Assembly (NCBI GenBank): GCA_012295275.1
Contig: CM022676.1
Span: forward strand, 9,548,001-9,612,000
DNA from: Chrysomallon squamiferum
Lineage: Eukaryota; Animalia; Mollusca
DNA length: 64,000 bases
Direction: 5' to 3'
Shown: positions 29,414 to 47,545 of the stretch, piece by piece
Position numbering within the stretch: position 1 is the stretch's first letter
Layout: the number at the start of each line of letters is the position of its first letter
The notes under the pieces: generated by a model
Told to the model about the DNA's origin: nothing
The model's input: only the letters and a program-made list of their open reading frames with translations
Database searches by the model: none
Made by a program: the position numbers and the translations under genes

Positions 29414-30797
29414 ATACTCCCTCCTATAGTGCACCAGCACTCATAGACAAACAGAAACAAACACGGCCACAAAAACAATACACTAGCGTACAAACACAAA
29501 CACAGTTTTACAGCAATTTTCTCTTGTAAATGATCGAGAGTAGACAGATTATAAACCACGTGACTTTGCCACATTATTACTGAACCACTGTTTGGAATGG
29601 GATATATAACGAAAGAGTTTCTCGAAAGGGATAACGATGATAAATAAAGTTTTAATTATTATTATTTTTTTTTTTATAAATCTTTGGAAAATAAAAATGA
29701 CGTCATAAGCTTGGTCTCTTAGTAACGATACTGTCTCTGTGGTTTGTTGTACCAAATGAAGATGGCACAAGAATAATCAAAAGGTCACCAACAATCACAA
29801 ACAATAACGTCAACAACAATCACCGCCAACCATAACGTCATCATCGGAATCAGTAGTAGCAACACTAGCAAGTGGTACCACCGCCACTACTATCATCATC
29901 GTCAAAGCCTCAAATCATCATTTTAATCCATTTTTATCAATCAATCAATAATTTATATCTAACATCTTCATCATATCTATCTTCTATCTATCATCTATCT
30001 ATCAGTATATATATAGTATATAAAAGTCCTTCCCAGTAGTTGAACACATGTCATTATGTTTGGAATTATGCGTTGTTGTTGTAATAATAATAATATATAT
30101 ATAATAATAATTCCCATAATAATTTGAACAATAATCATTATGTTTGGAATAATACGCTATAATAATAATAATAATAACTGATTAAAAAGAGAGACTCGAG
30201 TTGGAACGGTAAAAAAAATATATATCTTTCATAAGGACAGGAAAATACATACCACAGACTTTTGGATATGTTAGTTATGACGTCGTCTGTAATTTAGGAT
30301 ATCAATTTTGATTGGCTGGTGACGTTGGCTCCGGTTGCAGTTTTTCGTTTTCTGAAAAAGACATAATCCCGAATCAGACGCGTCATGTATATATATATAT
30401 ATAGCCTGAGTAAATTATATAAAAATATTCTTCGATAGCCTGAGAAAAAGAAGTAATTACTACAGCTTCCAATAATTCACATTGAAACTGGAAAGGCTTC
30501 TTCACTTCAAAGTGTTTCATGGAGGATATTATGAAAGGCTATTTCTGGTAATGAACACCGGGTACTAATAAATAAATAATAAAAAAAATGTTTTTAAAAA
30601 AGAGTGAGAGACAGAAAAAAAAAAAAAAATAAAATAATAATAAAATGAGGTTGATTAATGAGAACGTCAACAAAGGGGACATAATTATTGTTGTGGTATT
30701 CGGTTACTGGTTTGTAACAAACGACAAAATCGTGAATTTACTTTGATGTTCGAAAGATTTTTTTTTTTTTTTTTTTTTGTTTTGCTTTATTAATATC

Positions 30798-30829
<32 letters not shown>

Positions 30830-30908
30830 TTAGTTATATGTATTTTCGTCTTTCGTTTTTTATATCACTAAGTTTTCATTGTTTTTTTCTTCCTTTTTTC
30901 CTTTCCAG

Positions 30909-30990
<82 letters not shown>

Positions 30991-31521
30991 ATGTCCTCTT
31001 CAGTATTTATTAATCAAACAATTTTGAAGAAGATTATTCATGAAAATTATCAAATATTTGAAAGTGTTAGTTAAAACTGTTTTTACTTATTTGTTATTAA
31101 AAAAAAAAAAAAAAAACCCTTATCTTTGCTAATAACAACGTATAACATGCTTTCTAAGTTTTAGAGAAGTTATAAAAAAAAAAATCGTGACGTCATTTCG
31201 TATATAGAAAAATCTAGTAATAATAATAATGATAATAATAAAAACAACAACTGCATTAGCAACAACAACAACAACAATTACAATAGTAATGATAATATCA
31301 TCAGCTACCATCATCAAAATTAAAACTATTGTAATGTAGATAAGTCTGTGTGTGCATCTGAATTGTCTAAATATTTAAGCATGAAGATATACCTGTAATA
31401 TGTGCGTGTGTGTATGTGTGTGTACATGCATATAGGAGTGTCGATGAAATCATTTTAAAACAACTACCTAATTATACAAAGAAACAGCCCAGCACATACC
31501 CTGATAGATTCAACAAGAGAG

Positions 31522-31559
<38 letters not shown>

Positions 31560-31997
31560 AATGTCAATGATCTGAACTTTTTCTTAAATAGGCTACGTAA
31601 CAGTTAGGACAGCCTGACGCAAACTTTATCATTACCAAGCTGAATAAAAAGTTCACGTTATAAAAGCCTCCTATTTTTTTTTTTTACCCCTCTCTTAGTT
31701 TTTTTAACCACATTCGGCAGGTGTTTATAAATACTGAAAGGTCAAGGTCAAATAAAAAGGTACATTACTTCTTGCCCTACTTAGGAGATGCAAGGTCAGT
31801 GTTATATAATTAAATAGGAACGCATGCGCAGTTGCTCGAATGCAGAAAAGGGGTAATCTCTCAGGTTTTATTTTATTTTATTTTACTTAATATGCTTGTT
31901 TATTTATTTATTTATTAATTATTGTTATTGTTGTTATTATTATTTTTGTTCTAAATAAAACTCACACGTATAGAGAAATATATACGTACATGCAGAT

Positions 31998-32091
<94 letters not shown>

Positions 32092-32283
32092 CCAGACACA
32101 CAAAAACCTACATGCTATATGCTATACATATATACCATACATATACACACATATTTCACCTTTTCCATAATTTGGCCTAATACCAAAGAAAAAGGTTTTA
32201 AAATCTCTTAAATAATTTATAATTTTATAGAAAACAGTAGTGCACAAGTATTTTTATTTTATTTATTTATTTATTTATTTATC

Positions 32284-32321
<38 letters not shown>

Positions 32322-32405
32322 ATTTACTAGTTTATTTATTTATTTTTTTGTTTTATTATTTGTTTATTTATTTATTATTTTATTATTTATTTAATTATTT
32401 ATTTG

Positions 32406-32448
<43 letters not shown>

Positions 32449-32497
32449 TACTAATTTATTTATTTATTATTTTATTATTTATTTTATTATTTATTTG

Positions 32498-32551
<54 letters not shown>

Positions 32552-33849
32552 TTTTTTTTTTTTTAAATTATTATTATTTTTTTTTTTAATTATTATTATT
32601 ATTATTATTTTTTTTTTTTCACATCCTCGTTTCATCTTCCACCGGTTATAAAAAAAAACGTTTATCGGTGAACCCTGACAGGGCCTCCGCGCCGGGTCAC
32701 CACGTTGACCCCTTCTCGCAATGATTCACAGCTGATGTCATCTGCGTAGGGGCCTTGACTTGTTTACACAAAATCTCGCTTTCGCTACAAAATACGAGCG
32801 AAAAAAGTACACATCTTTCTCCGACGCTGTAAAATAATAAAAGTTCTTCACAAATAAATACTGACAATTTACGAGAGATACGCAGTCGGTATTAGCTTCA
32901 CTTTTGGCATCGATTCACCGATTTTTATTAGTTTTCTGCAATCGCAGCATATTAACTTGACCCGTTCTTGTAACCAAGCCGATTGTTCTATTTTTAGATG
33001 CGGTCGCGATCAGCTGATTTCAGCGCGCGCTCTCCAGTAGGGGAAATCCAGGTTAACTCGGCCACATTAATTATTGATTGTAAGAGGGGGCGTCTCAAAA
33101 GTAGAAATGTTAAATAAAACAAAATAAATAAATAATTTTTTTTTTTAAATTTAAAAAATAAGTTGCTGAAGCGTTACTAAAACAGCAGACTGTTCTATAA
33201 GGGGGGGGGGAGCAAAGGAGGTGGGTGTGACAGGCGCTACACTGATGGTTTCCCCGGGGGGTGAAATTCTGAAAGTTTTGGGAACGCAAAATTTGTATTG
33301 GCCCAGGCGCTGGCTAAACTGGATAGGGTTGTGGTTAATTATGAAAATGAAGTCACGTGCATTTTTATTCATGGCCAGTTTAGAAATAATTCTCTCTTTC
33401 TCCCTTACTGCTAAATGATAAAAACGGAAAATGGATTCCATCTCTCATTTTACAACAACAAACAACAACAACAACAACAACAATAATAATAATAATAAAA
33501 TTTTAGGATAATAACAACTATTAATTATAAATATGTTGTGTTAAATATGTTAATATTCTTTCATTCGTTCATTTGTGCTTTCTGTCATTCCATAAACCGC
33601 TTCTTTCATTCACGAACACGTGAAGATAATAATAATAACAACAACAATAATGATAATAATAATAATAATAGTAATAGTAATAATAATAATAAATAAATAA
33701 ATGAATGAATGAATAAATAAATAAAGTGTTGAAGAATGAAAATACTTAAAAACTGCTTACACAATGAAAAAATAAAAAATAAAAATAAATAAATAAATAA
33801 TAATAATAACAACAATAATAATAACAACAACAACAACAACAACAACAAC

Positions 33850-33880
<31 letters not shown>

Positions 33881-33946
33881 TAATAATAATAAAATAATTT
33901 AAAATTTAAAAAACATTTCAGTGTTTAGAAACAACTTAAGGTTACT

Positions 33947-34021
<75 letters not shown>

Positions 34022-34418
34022 CTCTCATCTACCTATGTATAACGTGGTGGTAATGCTACTGATATAATACTTACTTCAAAACAAAGCAACAGATCACCAG
34101 AAAAAGCCGCTGCTGTTGTAGTTGAAATTATCGCAATCGTTGTCACCAGTCATGCGAAAATTAAAAAAAATATATAATAATAATAAAATTTTCAGAAACG
34201 TTTCGTGAAAACTTGGGATAAATTTTTTGTTTTTATTTTTGATAAATTATTAACAGTTACCAGTCTGATACTATTTAATTTTTATTTATATCACATTTAT
34301 ATTTTATTTATTATTAGTATTATAAATAATGACTATTACTATTATTATTACAATCTATTATTATTATTACTATTATTACTAATATTATTATTATTATTAT
34401 TATTATTATTACTGCTAC

Positions 34419-34452
<34 letters not shown>

Positions 34453-34869
34453 AGATAGCTCAACCGCACATATTTCTGAAATGAAATTTAAAAATTTTGT
34501 TCGCGATTTTCTTTCAAATATTTTGAGAACAATTCAGCGCTTTAATTAAAAAGCACAGCGCGTGATTATACATTTATATAGCTTTGAGTTAATTATACGA
34601 GTGCATGCACACTCATTCACTGTACAAAATGAACAGAAAACAAAAGTGTTAGTCTGACAAATGCTCAACAAGATGTCGCACGCAATACGATGTTCATTTT
34701 AACTGTGACACCCTCATTCATATTTTACACTGTGGTAGAATTATTAATTATAAAACTGCCCCCAGCCAAACCAGATGTCACGGAAACGAGGTAACTGAAA
34801 ACACCAAAAAGCGAGAAACTAAAAAAAAAAAAAAAAATAAAAAAAATCTAATAATTTATTTGTTTGTCT

Positions 34870-34974
<105 letters not shown>

Positions 34975-35217
34975 CTATTTGTATCAGCGTTGGTAAATGT
35001 GACCCGTGTGTGTATTTCTGTTTATGTCGGTGTTAGTGTATCATGTCTTCCCGTTCCAACCACTGTCACGTTATTCTATTATGTTTCATAGGTTTTAATG
35101 GTGTTAGTGTATCATGTCTTCCCTCTCCAACCATTGTCACGTTACTCTATTATGCTTTCATCTCTCTCTCTCTAGGTTTTAATGTCTAAATCTCTCTACG
35201 TTTTAAAAAATATCATT

Positions 35218-35320
<103 letters not shown>

Positions 35321-35834
35321 TATTGATTATTCAGATAAACATCTTGACATTCAGCTCCTTTATAAAAAGCCGTTAACGCCGTTGACGAAGTCAATGACCT
35401 CGTCTGGGTAATGAAGCACGGCTAATTGTTAAACTGAACTTCTACGGCGGTGTCGTTGTGGTCGCAAACGGCGTCACTGCTCGGCTGTTAGCGCTGGGTC
35501 AACGACATTTTCAGAGTGATCACGTCAGCCACACCAACACCTGGTGTCGTTTCAGCGAAATGAGAAAAATCTGAAATACTGAACACGTTCAGTTTTCTCA
35601 CAGCGAATGAACTACGCACGCACAGCCACACACACACAGACAGACACACACACAGAGACACACAGACACACACACACACACACACACAGAGACACACACA
35701 CAGACACACGCACACACACGCACACAGACACAGAGACACACATGCACAAACACACACATGCATATAATATATACACGTATATATTATATGCATACCCATG
35801 AATATAGCCTATATAGCTGTGTGTGTGTGTGTGT

Positions 35835-35957
<123 letters not shown>

Positions 35958-36230
35958 TCTCTCTCAAGGCCTATATTATATATATAAATACAGTCACATT
36001 TATGTAAATAAATACAGTTATATAATAAATAAGTTGAACACACACACACACACACACACACACTTATATACAAAAGTGTGTGTGTGTATAGTTCTATATC
36101 AAAAGAAAGATACGCAGTATATTTCTCATTCTCCAAATTAAACTATGACTCTTTTTAAAAGGTGAAAACGAAACAAGTTTATAGATCATTCCTTTTTTTT
36201 CACTAGTGCACAAACAACATGTGAGACACA

Positions 36231-36270
<40 letters not shown>

Positions 36271-36516
36271 ACTACGTGCTGATTTTAACGTGATTTTTTT
36301 TTTTATGTTTTTTTTTAATATTCCTGAAACAGTATTACTTTCACCTGAACCAGGTAATACAAACCAACAGATAGCATCTACTAAGACAAATGTATCAGTT
36401 TTAAAAAATCTTACCTGTTTGTTGTAAAGTACAGGTTAACTCAAAAAGTAGGTCAACGCTGCTAAAATTAGCACAGATAGATTGCAAAGTCATAGGACTT
36501 AAGGTATTGGGAACGT

Positions 36517-37468
<952 letters not shown>

Positions 37469-38621
37469 CGCGATATTTCCTATCACTGGGGTTAATCACT
37501 AGTTTGAAATTTATTATTGTCTCGGAAAAATCTTGATCTGCATGTATATTCATACTGACATCTGAACTGGCTAAACCTTTAATCCGAAGATCGATAGCTA
37601 ATCTGTCCGTCTGTGTATTTATCTGTTTATATGTGTGTTAGTTTGTGTACACAGATAATGAGATAGATTAGATAGATAGATAACACTACCACAACAACAA
37701 CTACTACTGCTGCTACTGCTGCTACTACTGCTACAAGTACTATTTATTAACATGATGATGATATTGATGATGATGATAATGATAATGATAATAATATAAT
37801 ATTACTACTACTACTACTACTATTACTACTACTACTACTACTAATAATAATAATAATAATCATAATAATAATCATAATCATAATCATAATAAATAAATAA
37901 ATAAATAAACAAACACGCTAAAATTATTCAAAATCTGTGTAAACGTATATATATATGAAACGTAAAATTTACATGTATTACATGCAGTATAATTCTAAAA
38001 ATAGGAACGAACGACGGAAAAGAACGATAATGAACGCTTCCATTTCGTTTCCGAACATCGGCAATTTCCGTTTGTCTTCGATTTTAAACTATAACAATTG
38101 CGTGACGTCATTTAGCAACGGAAAACACACAAGGGCGGTTGAAGGTAGGCAAAGCATCAGCAATAATTTTAGTTTCAAAATGAGAGACAAATACTGTGAG
38201 TTAAATATTATGTTAAAAACAGTTAATAATTTTAATGAACATAAAAGTAATATTTTTGATTTTGTTCTTTTTGTGTATCCTGAATTTTCTCGAAACACTT
38301 CTGAAAAATAATGCCCCCCACCTCATTTTTCTTTCTTTAATTTTTAATTTTTCAGTTTTTTATTTTTTTATTTTTTGTTTATTAGCTTTTAGGGTTATTT
38401 TATTTCGGTTTATTTTATGATAACTGCAACGACGACGAATGCGATAATTATAGCAACAGCATCGGCAACGGCAAATTTTTATGGCAGTTAAGTAGTAAAG
38501 CGTAGAAATATGTAAATACTAACGTGGTGAATGTATAGGTACATGTGTATGTCTGTCTGTCTGTATGTATGTATGTATGTGCGTATATATTTGTGTGTTC
38601 GCGTGTGCATTTTTATGTGTA

Positions 38622-39206
<585 letters not shown>

Positions 39207-40374
39207 TGAGGGAGGGAGGGAGGGAGATAGCCGAGAAATGTTGGTTACCTGTTAAATATTTCGGTTTATTTGACGACGATGATGATTATCAACTTCAACG
39301 ACAACAGCGTATACCTTACTGTAGTTAAGTAAGTATTATTTTATTATGAAGTAATATTCATAACACACACACATACAAATATCTACAAAAGAAAGTGAGA
39401 GGGTTAGACTAAGAGAATTAGAAAACGACAGAGAGAGAGAGATTAGTTATATAAATAAATACAATTACTCAATAATAAATAAGCAAATAAATAGAAAAAA
39501 AATAAATAAATAATAATAATAAAAAAATAAAATGAATAAATAAATAAAAAATAAATAAACAAACAAACAAATAAATAAACAAACAAATAAAAAAATAAAC
39601 AAATAAAACAAATAAACAAATAAAACAAATAAACAAATAAACTGATAAACTAATAAACAAATAAATGAATAAATAAAAAAAATATATATATATATAATCA
39701 AACAAACAAATAAACAAATGAATAAACAAACAAACAAATAAAACAAACAAACAAATAAACAAATGAATAAATCTTTCTCTTCTTGTGTTCTTTCAGCTTG
39801 CTGTACAGATATCTGATTCAAATATTCGGGTGATTTACGTTGACAAATAAAAGCATCTAATCGTGTTTCTTCGTTTTCTCTTGATATAACTTGAAATGTT
39901 TTAACTGTATAATTTTATTTCATCTTCGTGGGTTGAATAGTATAAATATAGTATTATTATTATCTATTTATTATATATCTATATATATATATATATTCGG
40001 CAGTTTCTGGAAGATGTTTTTTTCAGGATTTATTTTAACTACAGCGACAATGAAAGAAATAACAACGGCAGATTTTTTTTTCTTCTTCTTCTTGTATAAT
40101 GTATATTTATGTATTTATTTAACTGGGATATATATGTGTGTCTTTGGGGGTATATGGGTGTGGCTGGGTGGGTCCGAGAGACAGAGGGAAATAGAAAGAG
40201 AGGGAGGGTGGGAGTGAGAGAGAGAAGAATGATAGAGAGAAATAAAACGGGATAGACTGGCAGAGAGACAAATGAATAGAGATATAATTATTTAGAGAAA
40301 TAGATGGATAGGTAGATAATAGATAGATAGATAGACAAACAGACAAGTAGAAAGATTAGACAGGTAGATAATTA

Positions 40375-40424
<50 letters not shown>

Positions 40425-40671
40425 CTTAGCGACGCGTTAAATAGATCTGTTCATTTGATGGCAACCTCGGGGATGACGATGAAGATTATCAACTTTAACA
40501 ACAACGACAATCTGAATTTTTCTGTATTAAGGTAATATATTAATATTATTACGAGCACACACATACACAGACATACATCCTACAGATATATAGATAACAA
40601 AGAAACAAACAAACAAAAAACAAAGAAACCAATAAATAAATAAATAAGAGAGAGACCGACTGCGATTTCTT

Positions 40672-40691
40672 TACTACTGCTACTACTACTT

Positions 40692-40731
<40 letters not shown>

Positions 40732-40792
40732 ACATCTACTTCTACTACTACTGCTACTACTACTACTACTACTACTGCTGCTACTACTACTT

Positions 40793-40838
<46 letters not shown>

Positions 40839-42380
40839 ACATCTACTTCTACTGCTACTGCTACTACTACTATTACTACTATTGTACTTCTACTACTACC
40901 ATTACTACTGTATTTATACCACTACTTATACTACTACTGTACTTATTAATACTGTATATATTAATGTTATTACGAACACACACATACACAGACATACATC
41001 CTACTACTACTACAGTACTTCTACCACTATTGCTACTGTACTTCTGTAATTTCTACTACTACTACTGTACTTCTACAACTACTACTACTGTACTTCTACT
41101 ACTACTACTACTGTACTTCTACAACTACTACTACTGTACTTCTACTACTACTACTACTGTACTTCTACAACTACTTCTACTACTACTACTATTGTACTTC
41201 TACAACTACTACAACTGTACTTCTCTACTACTACTACTGTACTTCTACAACTACTACTACTGTACTTTCTACTACTACTACTACTGTACTTTTCTAACCA
41301 CTTTACTACTACTACTATTGTACTTCACTACTACTACTACTACTGTACTTCTACTACTACTACTGTACTTCTAACTACTACTACTACTGTACTTACTACT
41401 ACTACTACTGTACTTCTACTACTACTTTACTACCACTGTACTTCTAACTTTCTACTACTACTACTATTGTAATTTCACAACTACTACTACTACTACTACT
41501 GTACTTCTACTACTACTACTACTCACAACTACTACTGTACTTTCTACTACTACTACTACTTACTGTACTTTTACAACTACTACTACTACTATTGTACTTC
41601 TACAACTACTACTACTGTACTTTACTACTACTACTACTACTGTACTTCACTACTACTACTGTACTTCTACTACTACTACTACTACTGTAATTTACAACTA
41701 CTTCTACTACTACTACTGTACTTCTACAACTACTTCTGTACTTCTACTACTTCTACTACTACTACTATTGTACTTTTACAACTACTACTACTACTACTAC
41801 TTCATTTACTTCTGTACTACTACCACTACTGTACTTCTACAACTACTACTACTGTACTTCTACTAACTACTACTACTGTACCATTTCTACCACTACTACT
41901 ACTGTATTTTCCACAACCACTTTACAACTACTAGTACTGTACTTCTACCACCACTACTACTACTTCTGTACTTTCTACTATTGTACTTACTACTACTACT
42001 ACTACTACTACTACATTATTTTTACAACCACTAGCACTGTACTTCCCACAACTACTACTACTGTACTACTACTGTACTTCTACTACTACTACCACTGTAC
42101 TACTGTACTACCACCACTACTGTGCCACCACCACTACTACTACAGTACTTCTACTACTACTACTACTACTACTGTACTTCTACCACCACACTACTACTAC
42201 TGTATTTTTACAACTACTAGTACTGTACTTCCACCACTTCTTTTCTACCACTACTACTACTTCTGTACTTCTACTATTGTACTTCTACCACTACTACTAC
42301 TTCTGTATTTCTACTATTGTACTTCTACCAGTACCACTACTTCTGTAGGACTCTAGTGTACTTCTATTACTGTACCTCTA
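40672..42380. repeat. About 1.7-kb (CTA)n-derived minisatellite with recurring CTGTACTT spacer
   Basis: Units of the form (CTA)2-6 CTGTACTT(CTACAA). Confidence 0.95.
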
Positions 42381-42987
42381 CTATGTGCGTGTGTATGTAA
42401 AATTTCAAATATTCTTTTTTTTTTCTTCTTTTTTTTTTTTCAGGAGCTGTTTTTCTAAACACTGAACATATCTCTGAAGCTTATACATATTTATAGTTTT
42501 ACTGAATAAACTTATTTAACCTTAACTTCATTATTTCTGTCTCGTACAGATAGAAAAACAGATTCAGAAGTGTTTCGTGTTATTCAGGATAGCTGAATTA
42601 AAAGAAAACCGTAACCCCCTTCCCCTATCTTATCTTAACCGCCCTTGTGGGTCAGAACAAGGTTCAAGGTCGGGTTTTAATTCCTCAGAATGGGTATGTA
42701 GGATTACATCATCAAATTTGGCATTGTTTTATTATATACATGTATATATATATACTGCGATCTCTATCACTTTGGTGAACCGTCTAAATTTGCGTCCGAA
42801 TTGTTTTTCAGTTTTATTTTTTTTGACCGACGCTTCTAAAGTTATTCATGGTATGCGGCAAAAGGAACGATGAATTAAATTATAATTATTTTAATTAAGT
42901 AGAAAAAAAATATATATATTATCAGAGGTTAATAAAAGAACTAAAATTAAAAAAAAAAAAATAAATAATTATAAATAAATAAATAAG

Positions 42988-43024
<37 letters not shown>

Positions 43025-43600
43025 AGATAATTAGATAAACAGATCGATAAATAAATCAATAAATGTTAAAAATGTTTAATCAGTACAAATCAAATCAAAA
43101 TCAAACCAAATAAATAAAAATATAAATTAATAAATAATATAAAAATAATTTTAAAAGATCAAATTATATTATTAAACCTTTAATAATCTGAATACGCTTT
43201 TGATATTTTTATTTTAAAAATTTGTAATAAAAATTTATTTTAGCGACATTTTCTATGACAAAAGTCATTTCTTCTGTTTCGTATACTATGATCCAAATTT
43301 TCAATTATTCCTCACCTGACTAACAAAAAAAAAAAAAAAATAAAAAAATAAATAATAATAACAAATGAAAAAAAAAAAAAAAAGGTTATGAAATATTGTT
43401 TATGTACTTAAAATGCAGCAACAATGAGTCACCTGGTGAGTGATGACACCCCCACCCCAGAGTGGCTAATACGGGTAACTCAAACTTGAAATTGAGTTAC
43501 CGGGGGGACTGTTCACCTTAGGTACAGAAAACATATTTAAAATTCACATTTAAATAGCTGGGCATGAGAACGTTGAAGATATGCAGCAACAGATATATTT

Positions 43601-43693
<93 letters not shown>

Positions 43694-44931
43694 ACACGTG
43701 CCCGAACGGAGATCCTTATACAAATTCATGTCTCAGAAAAAAAAAATGTCAAAAAAATAAAAAATAAAAAATATAGGTGGAGTCAGCCAGCCACACATGA
43801 AACAAGCGTTCATTAGAAACAAGATAACTGAAATCAATCAATCAATCAATCAATCATTTAATCAATCAGTCTCTCGATCACTCAATCAATTTCCGTCATC
43901 AGTAAATATATGTCATTGCCAAAATTTATCAGTTACGATTAAAAAAATAGACAATTTTAGCTGATCTTTATTTTTAGTAACTTATGTTCATAAAAATCGT
44001 AAACAGTGACGTAAGTATGATGATGTAAGCGCGCGCGCGCGTGCGAGTGTGGTCAGTATATGTGCAAATACTTAGATGCAAATTTCACAAAATCTGTTGT
44101 TATAATCTGTTGACTGATTTTGTCTGTGTTTATACGTGTGTGCGTATTTTGAGTGTATTTGCGTGTGAGTGTGCTTTCTGTTTACTTTTTGGGGTCAATT
44201 TTTTTTTATTTTTGTTTATAAATCACATTTGAATATCATTAGGAGAAACTATAGTGGTTACAGACATTTCGCTAATGTTTACTGAAAGCAAAAAACAAGA
44301 ATTAAAACTGTGACAGAAGTTGATGTATGTCGCACAAATACAGTTAAAAACGATTTTTTTCGAATTAGTGATTTTCGGAACATTGCGGTCGTTAACGTTA
44401 ACTGACGTTTCCACTCAGTGCGTCAAAGTTACGATTTTTGTTTACAAGATGTATTAATAAAACGAGACATTTTTGTATTTGCAGAGGCAATTCCGAATTG
44501 ATTTTCGCCATGAAAATGCCATTTGTAATAAACATGGCGAAACAACCTTTCAGACGAAAAAAAGAAAATCAAAACAAATTTATGTTTAATTTGACGTGAA
44601 GTCTGCGCCTACGCAAAGGAAGTCATCGACTGTATTATTATTATTTTTGTTGTAGTTGTAGTTGCTGTTGCTGATGTTGTTGAGGATTTTTACTGTTACT
44701 AAAACTACAACAACTAGTACTGTAATGCTACTAATAACATTAACAATAACAACAATACAACTGTTACTATTACTGCTACAGCTACTACGATTACTATTAC
44801 TACTACTACTACTATTACTATTACTACTACTACTACTAATAATAGCAATAAATTGTTTCACTAAAATTTAACTGACTTTTTGTTCCAGCATACTATATTA
44901 TTGCTATTATTGTTGTTGTTGTTGTTGTTGT

Positions 44932-44987
<56 letters not shown>

Positions 44988-46093
44988 ATGGTAGTCGCAC
45001 AAACACACACATGCGTAAAATATGACATTTAATCACCAATTTATTTAAAAAAAAAAAAAAAAAAAAAAAAAACTGCGTGCGTGTGTGCGGGAATATGTGT
45101 ACACATATTCACAAATACACACATTGTACATGCACGCACACATTGCTTTATCAAGCGGTTTGGCATTCACAGTCCGAAAATATTATGCGGTAAACTGTAT
45201 TATTATAGTAGTAGCATAGAATACGCTATAATTACTGTAGTTAGTAAATTTACATGGGCACTAGCATTTCTTAGTAATGACTTTAAGTGGGGTTTGACGT
45301 TATGGGGTAAAGTGACGTCATTTTATATATAAGTATCCAGAACATATCTACGATTTTTCTCATCATCGGCGTATTTTGCAACCATATTCCCGCGGTATTA
45401 AGCATAATGTGTATACTTTAAAAACATGATAATAAAATAAATAAGTACAAAACGAGATTATTGTTGTTTAAACTTATAAAATAAAATAAAAAATCAGCTG
45501 AAAATTAAATAAATATAATATTCATCATGAAATGATTTCAAAGGACAAAGCATAATTAGACAGTTCTTTTAATTTGCTGACTGTAAACTAGAGTTATGTA
45601 ACCTTTTACCAACTATTCAGATTAGAGTTATCTAACTTTAGTGAAAGCAGACTAGTTGTAAATGTTTACGTAATATTATTGACATAAAACTTTAGTTAAC
45701 GATGTTATTATTACAGATAATCTTAATTAAAGTCAGTAAGTGTTGTCTATATTTATGTAATATTACTGCATAGATTTTAGATTCATCTAATATTTCGTAA
45801 AGGAAACAGCTTGTAATGTAATATTTCTAAATTATTCTTATTTTTTGGTTATTGTTGTTTTTATTGTTTTATTTTTTTTTTTTGTTTCTTTGTTTCTTTT
45901 CGTATCCATTGTATCGATATTAATTTAAATTATTCTACTTTGTTGTTAACAAAGATTGGTATACGTAATAAAGCAGTCAATATAAAAATGTACAGTTTAT
46001 TTGTTTGTATTACCGCAGGCCAAATGTAACTGGTATTTATTGGGTGTGTTTATGGCATATACGTTATTAGTTAAACAGAATTTAACATTATAT

Positions 46094-46152
<59 letters not shown>

Positions 46153-47081
46153 GGTCATATGTTTCTCGGTGACTCAGTCTTCTTTAATTTTTTACCTGAT
46201 CTGGATTATTTCATCTTGCATTGTTCTAAAGTTTTAGGATTTAAACTTTTACATAAATCCTAACACTGGATTTAAAACAGTGGATTAAGTTAGCCGCTTA
46301 TAAATTTGGTTTCCGTGCGCGTCACACACACACGCACACACAACAACAACAAATCTTTCAACATATGGGAGGCTTGGAGCGAACAATTTTTATTTTGTTT
46401 ATTATTATTATTATTAGTAGCATTAGTATTATTATTAGTAGTATTTATTTATTTATTTATTTTAACAAGCCCTGTTAGGGTTATTCATTTTTAGTTACTA
46501 TTTTGGGCTTCAAACTACTACGAATAAGCAGAGATGGAAACCCAGTAAAATGGCGAAATAAGATAACTAAAATAAACATTAAGCTCTAAATTGGTTAACA
46601 ATAACTTGCTTGAAACTGATACCAGTTGTTTATTTCTCGACTGCTTTCAGAAATAACAATAATTATTTTTATCTTGATGTCGTCTGGGCGAAGTCCATAA
46701 GTGACGTCTTAACGTTCAAAACGAGTACATATCAGTTAATTTATTTGACGGAAATGGTCGAGTCTATCCGAACCAAAATTAATTTTGATGTTTGCAGTAT
46801 TCGAAGTAGTTATTATATTGTGACAAGCCAAATTGTTTACATACAGTTTGATTCCAAACAGTGTAATTAATAACGAGTTGATGGTGTAAATATTAATGCA
46901 AACCACAAGTGTTTAAAGAATAATGAGTAAGCACATCTGCGACGTGTTTTTCAGCCAAATGTCGGTCAACGGCCTTGACCTAATACCGTTTCCTTTTCTA
47001 TTTATTATTATTTTTTAATCCATCCAAAATGTCGTGACAGCGTTGTAACTAGCAGAGGAGATCGTCGTTTGGCCTCAAGGA

Positions 47082-47545
47082 ATGGCTGAATTTGATTCTT
47101 CCTCGGACAACGAGTTTAATGGTGACAATGCCGAGGATTTATCGTATTCTAGCTTGCAAGTGATACCAGAATGTGTGTTAGAAAGAGCGAAAAATTTGAG
47201 AGCGATTCAGCTAAACAACAACTATTTTACGATTTTGCCGGATTCTATCGGTCTGTTCGCAAAACTCGTGTCTTTGGACATTAGCTACAACAACGTGAAG
47301 TTTATCAGCGACAGCATTACCCAGCTGAAAAGCCTCAGAACAATAATTGCCAAAAACAACTTACTGACATCGGAATCAATTCCCAAAGATTTTGGCCTAC
47401 TTAAAGAATTAGAAGTTATTAATTTTAGTGGTAACTGTTTTGAGAAGATACCCCCGCAATTTACTGAACTTCACAAATTAAGGTGCTTGTATCTTGGAGG
47501 AAATTTACTGACGTCTGTCACAAGTTCTGTTAGATTTTTGACAAG
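47082..47545 (+). CDS. LRRC58: Leucine-rich repeat-containing protein 58, coding exon 1
   Basis: ATG at 47082 followed by canonical LRRs (LRAIQLNNNYF, LVSLDISYNNV, LEVINFSGNCF, LRCLYLGGNLL). Donor AG|GTCAG after 47545 is phase 2, compatible with exon 2. Confidence 0.93.

Noticed and set aside
33228-33270. Short 18S rRNA-like words (GCGCTACACTGA, GGTGAAATTCT)
   Set aside because: These are only 11-12-nt matches without collinear rRNA context, so chance is the likely explanation.
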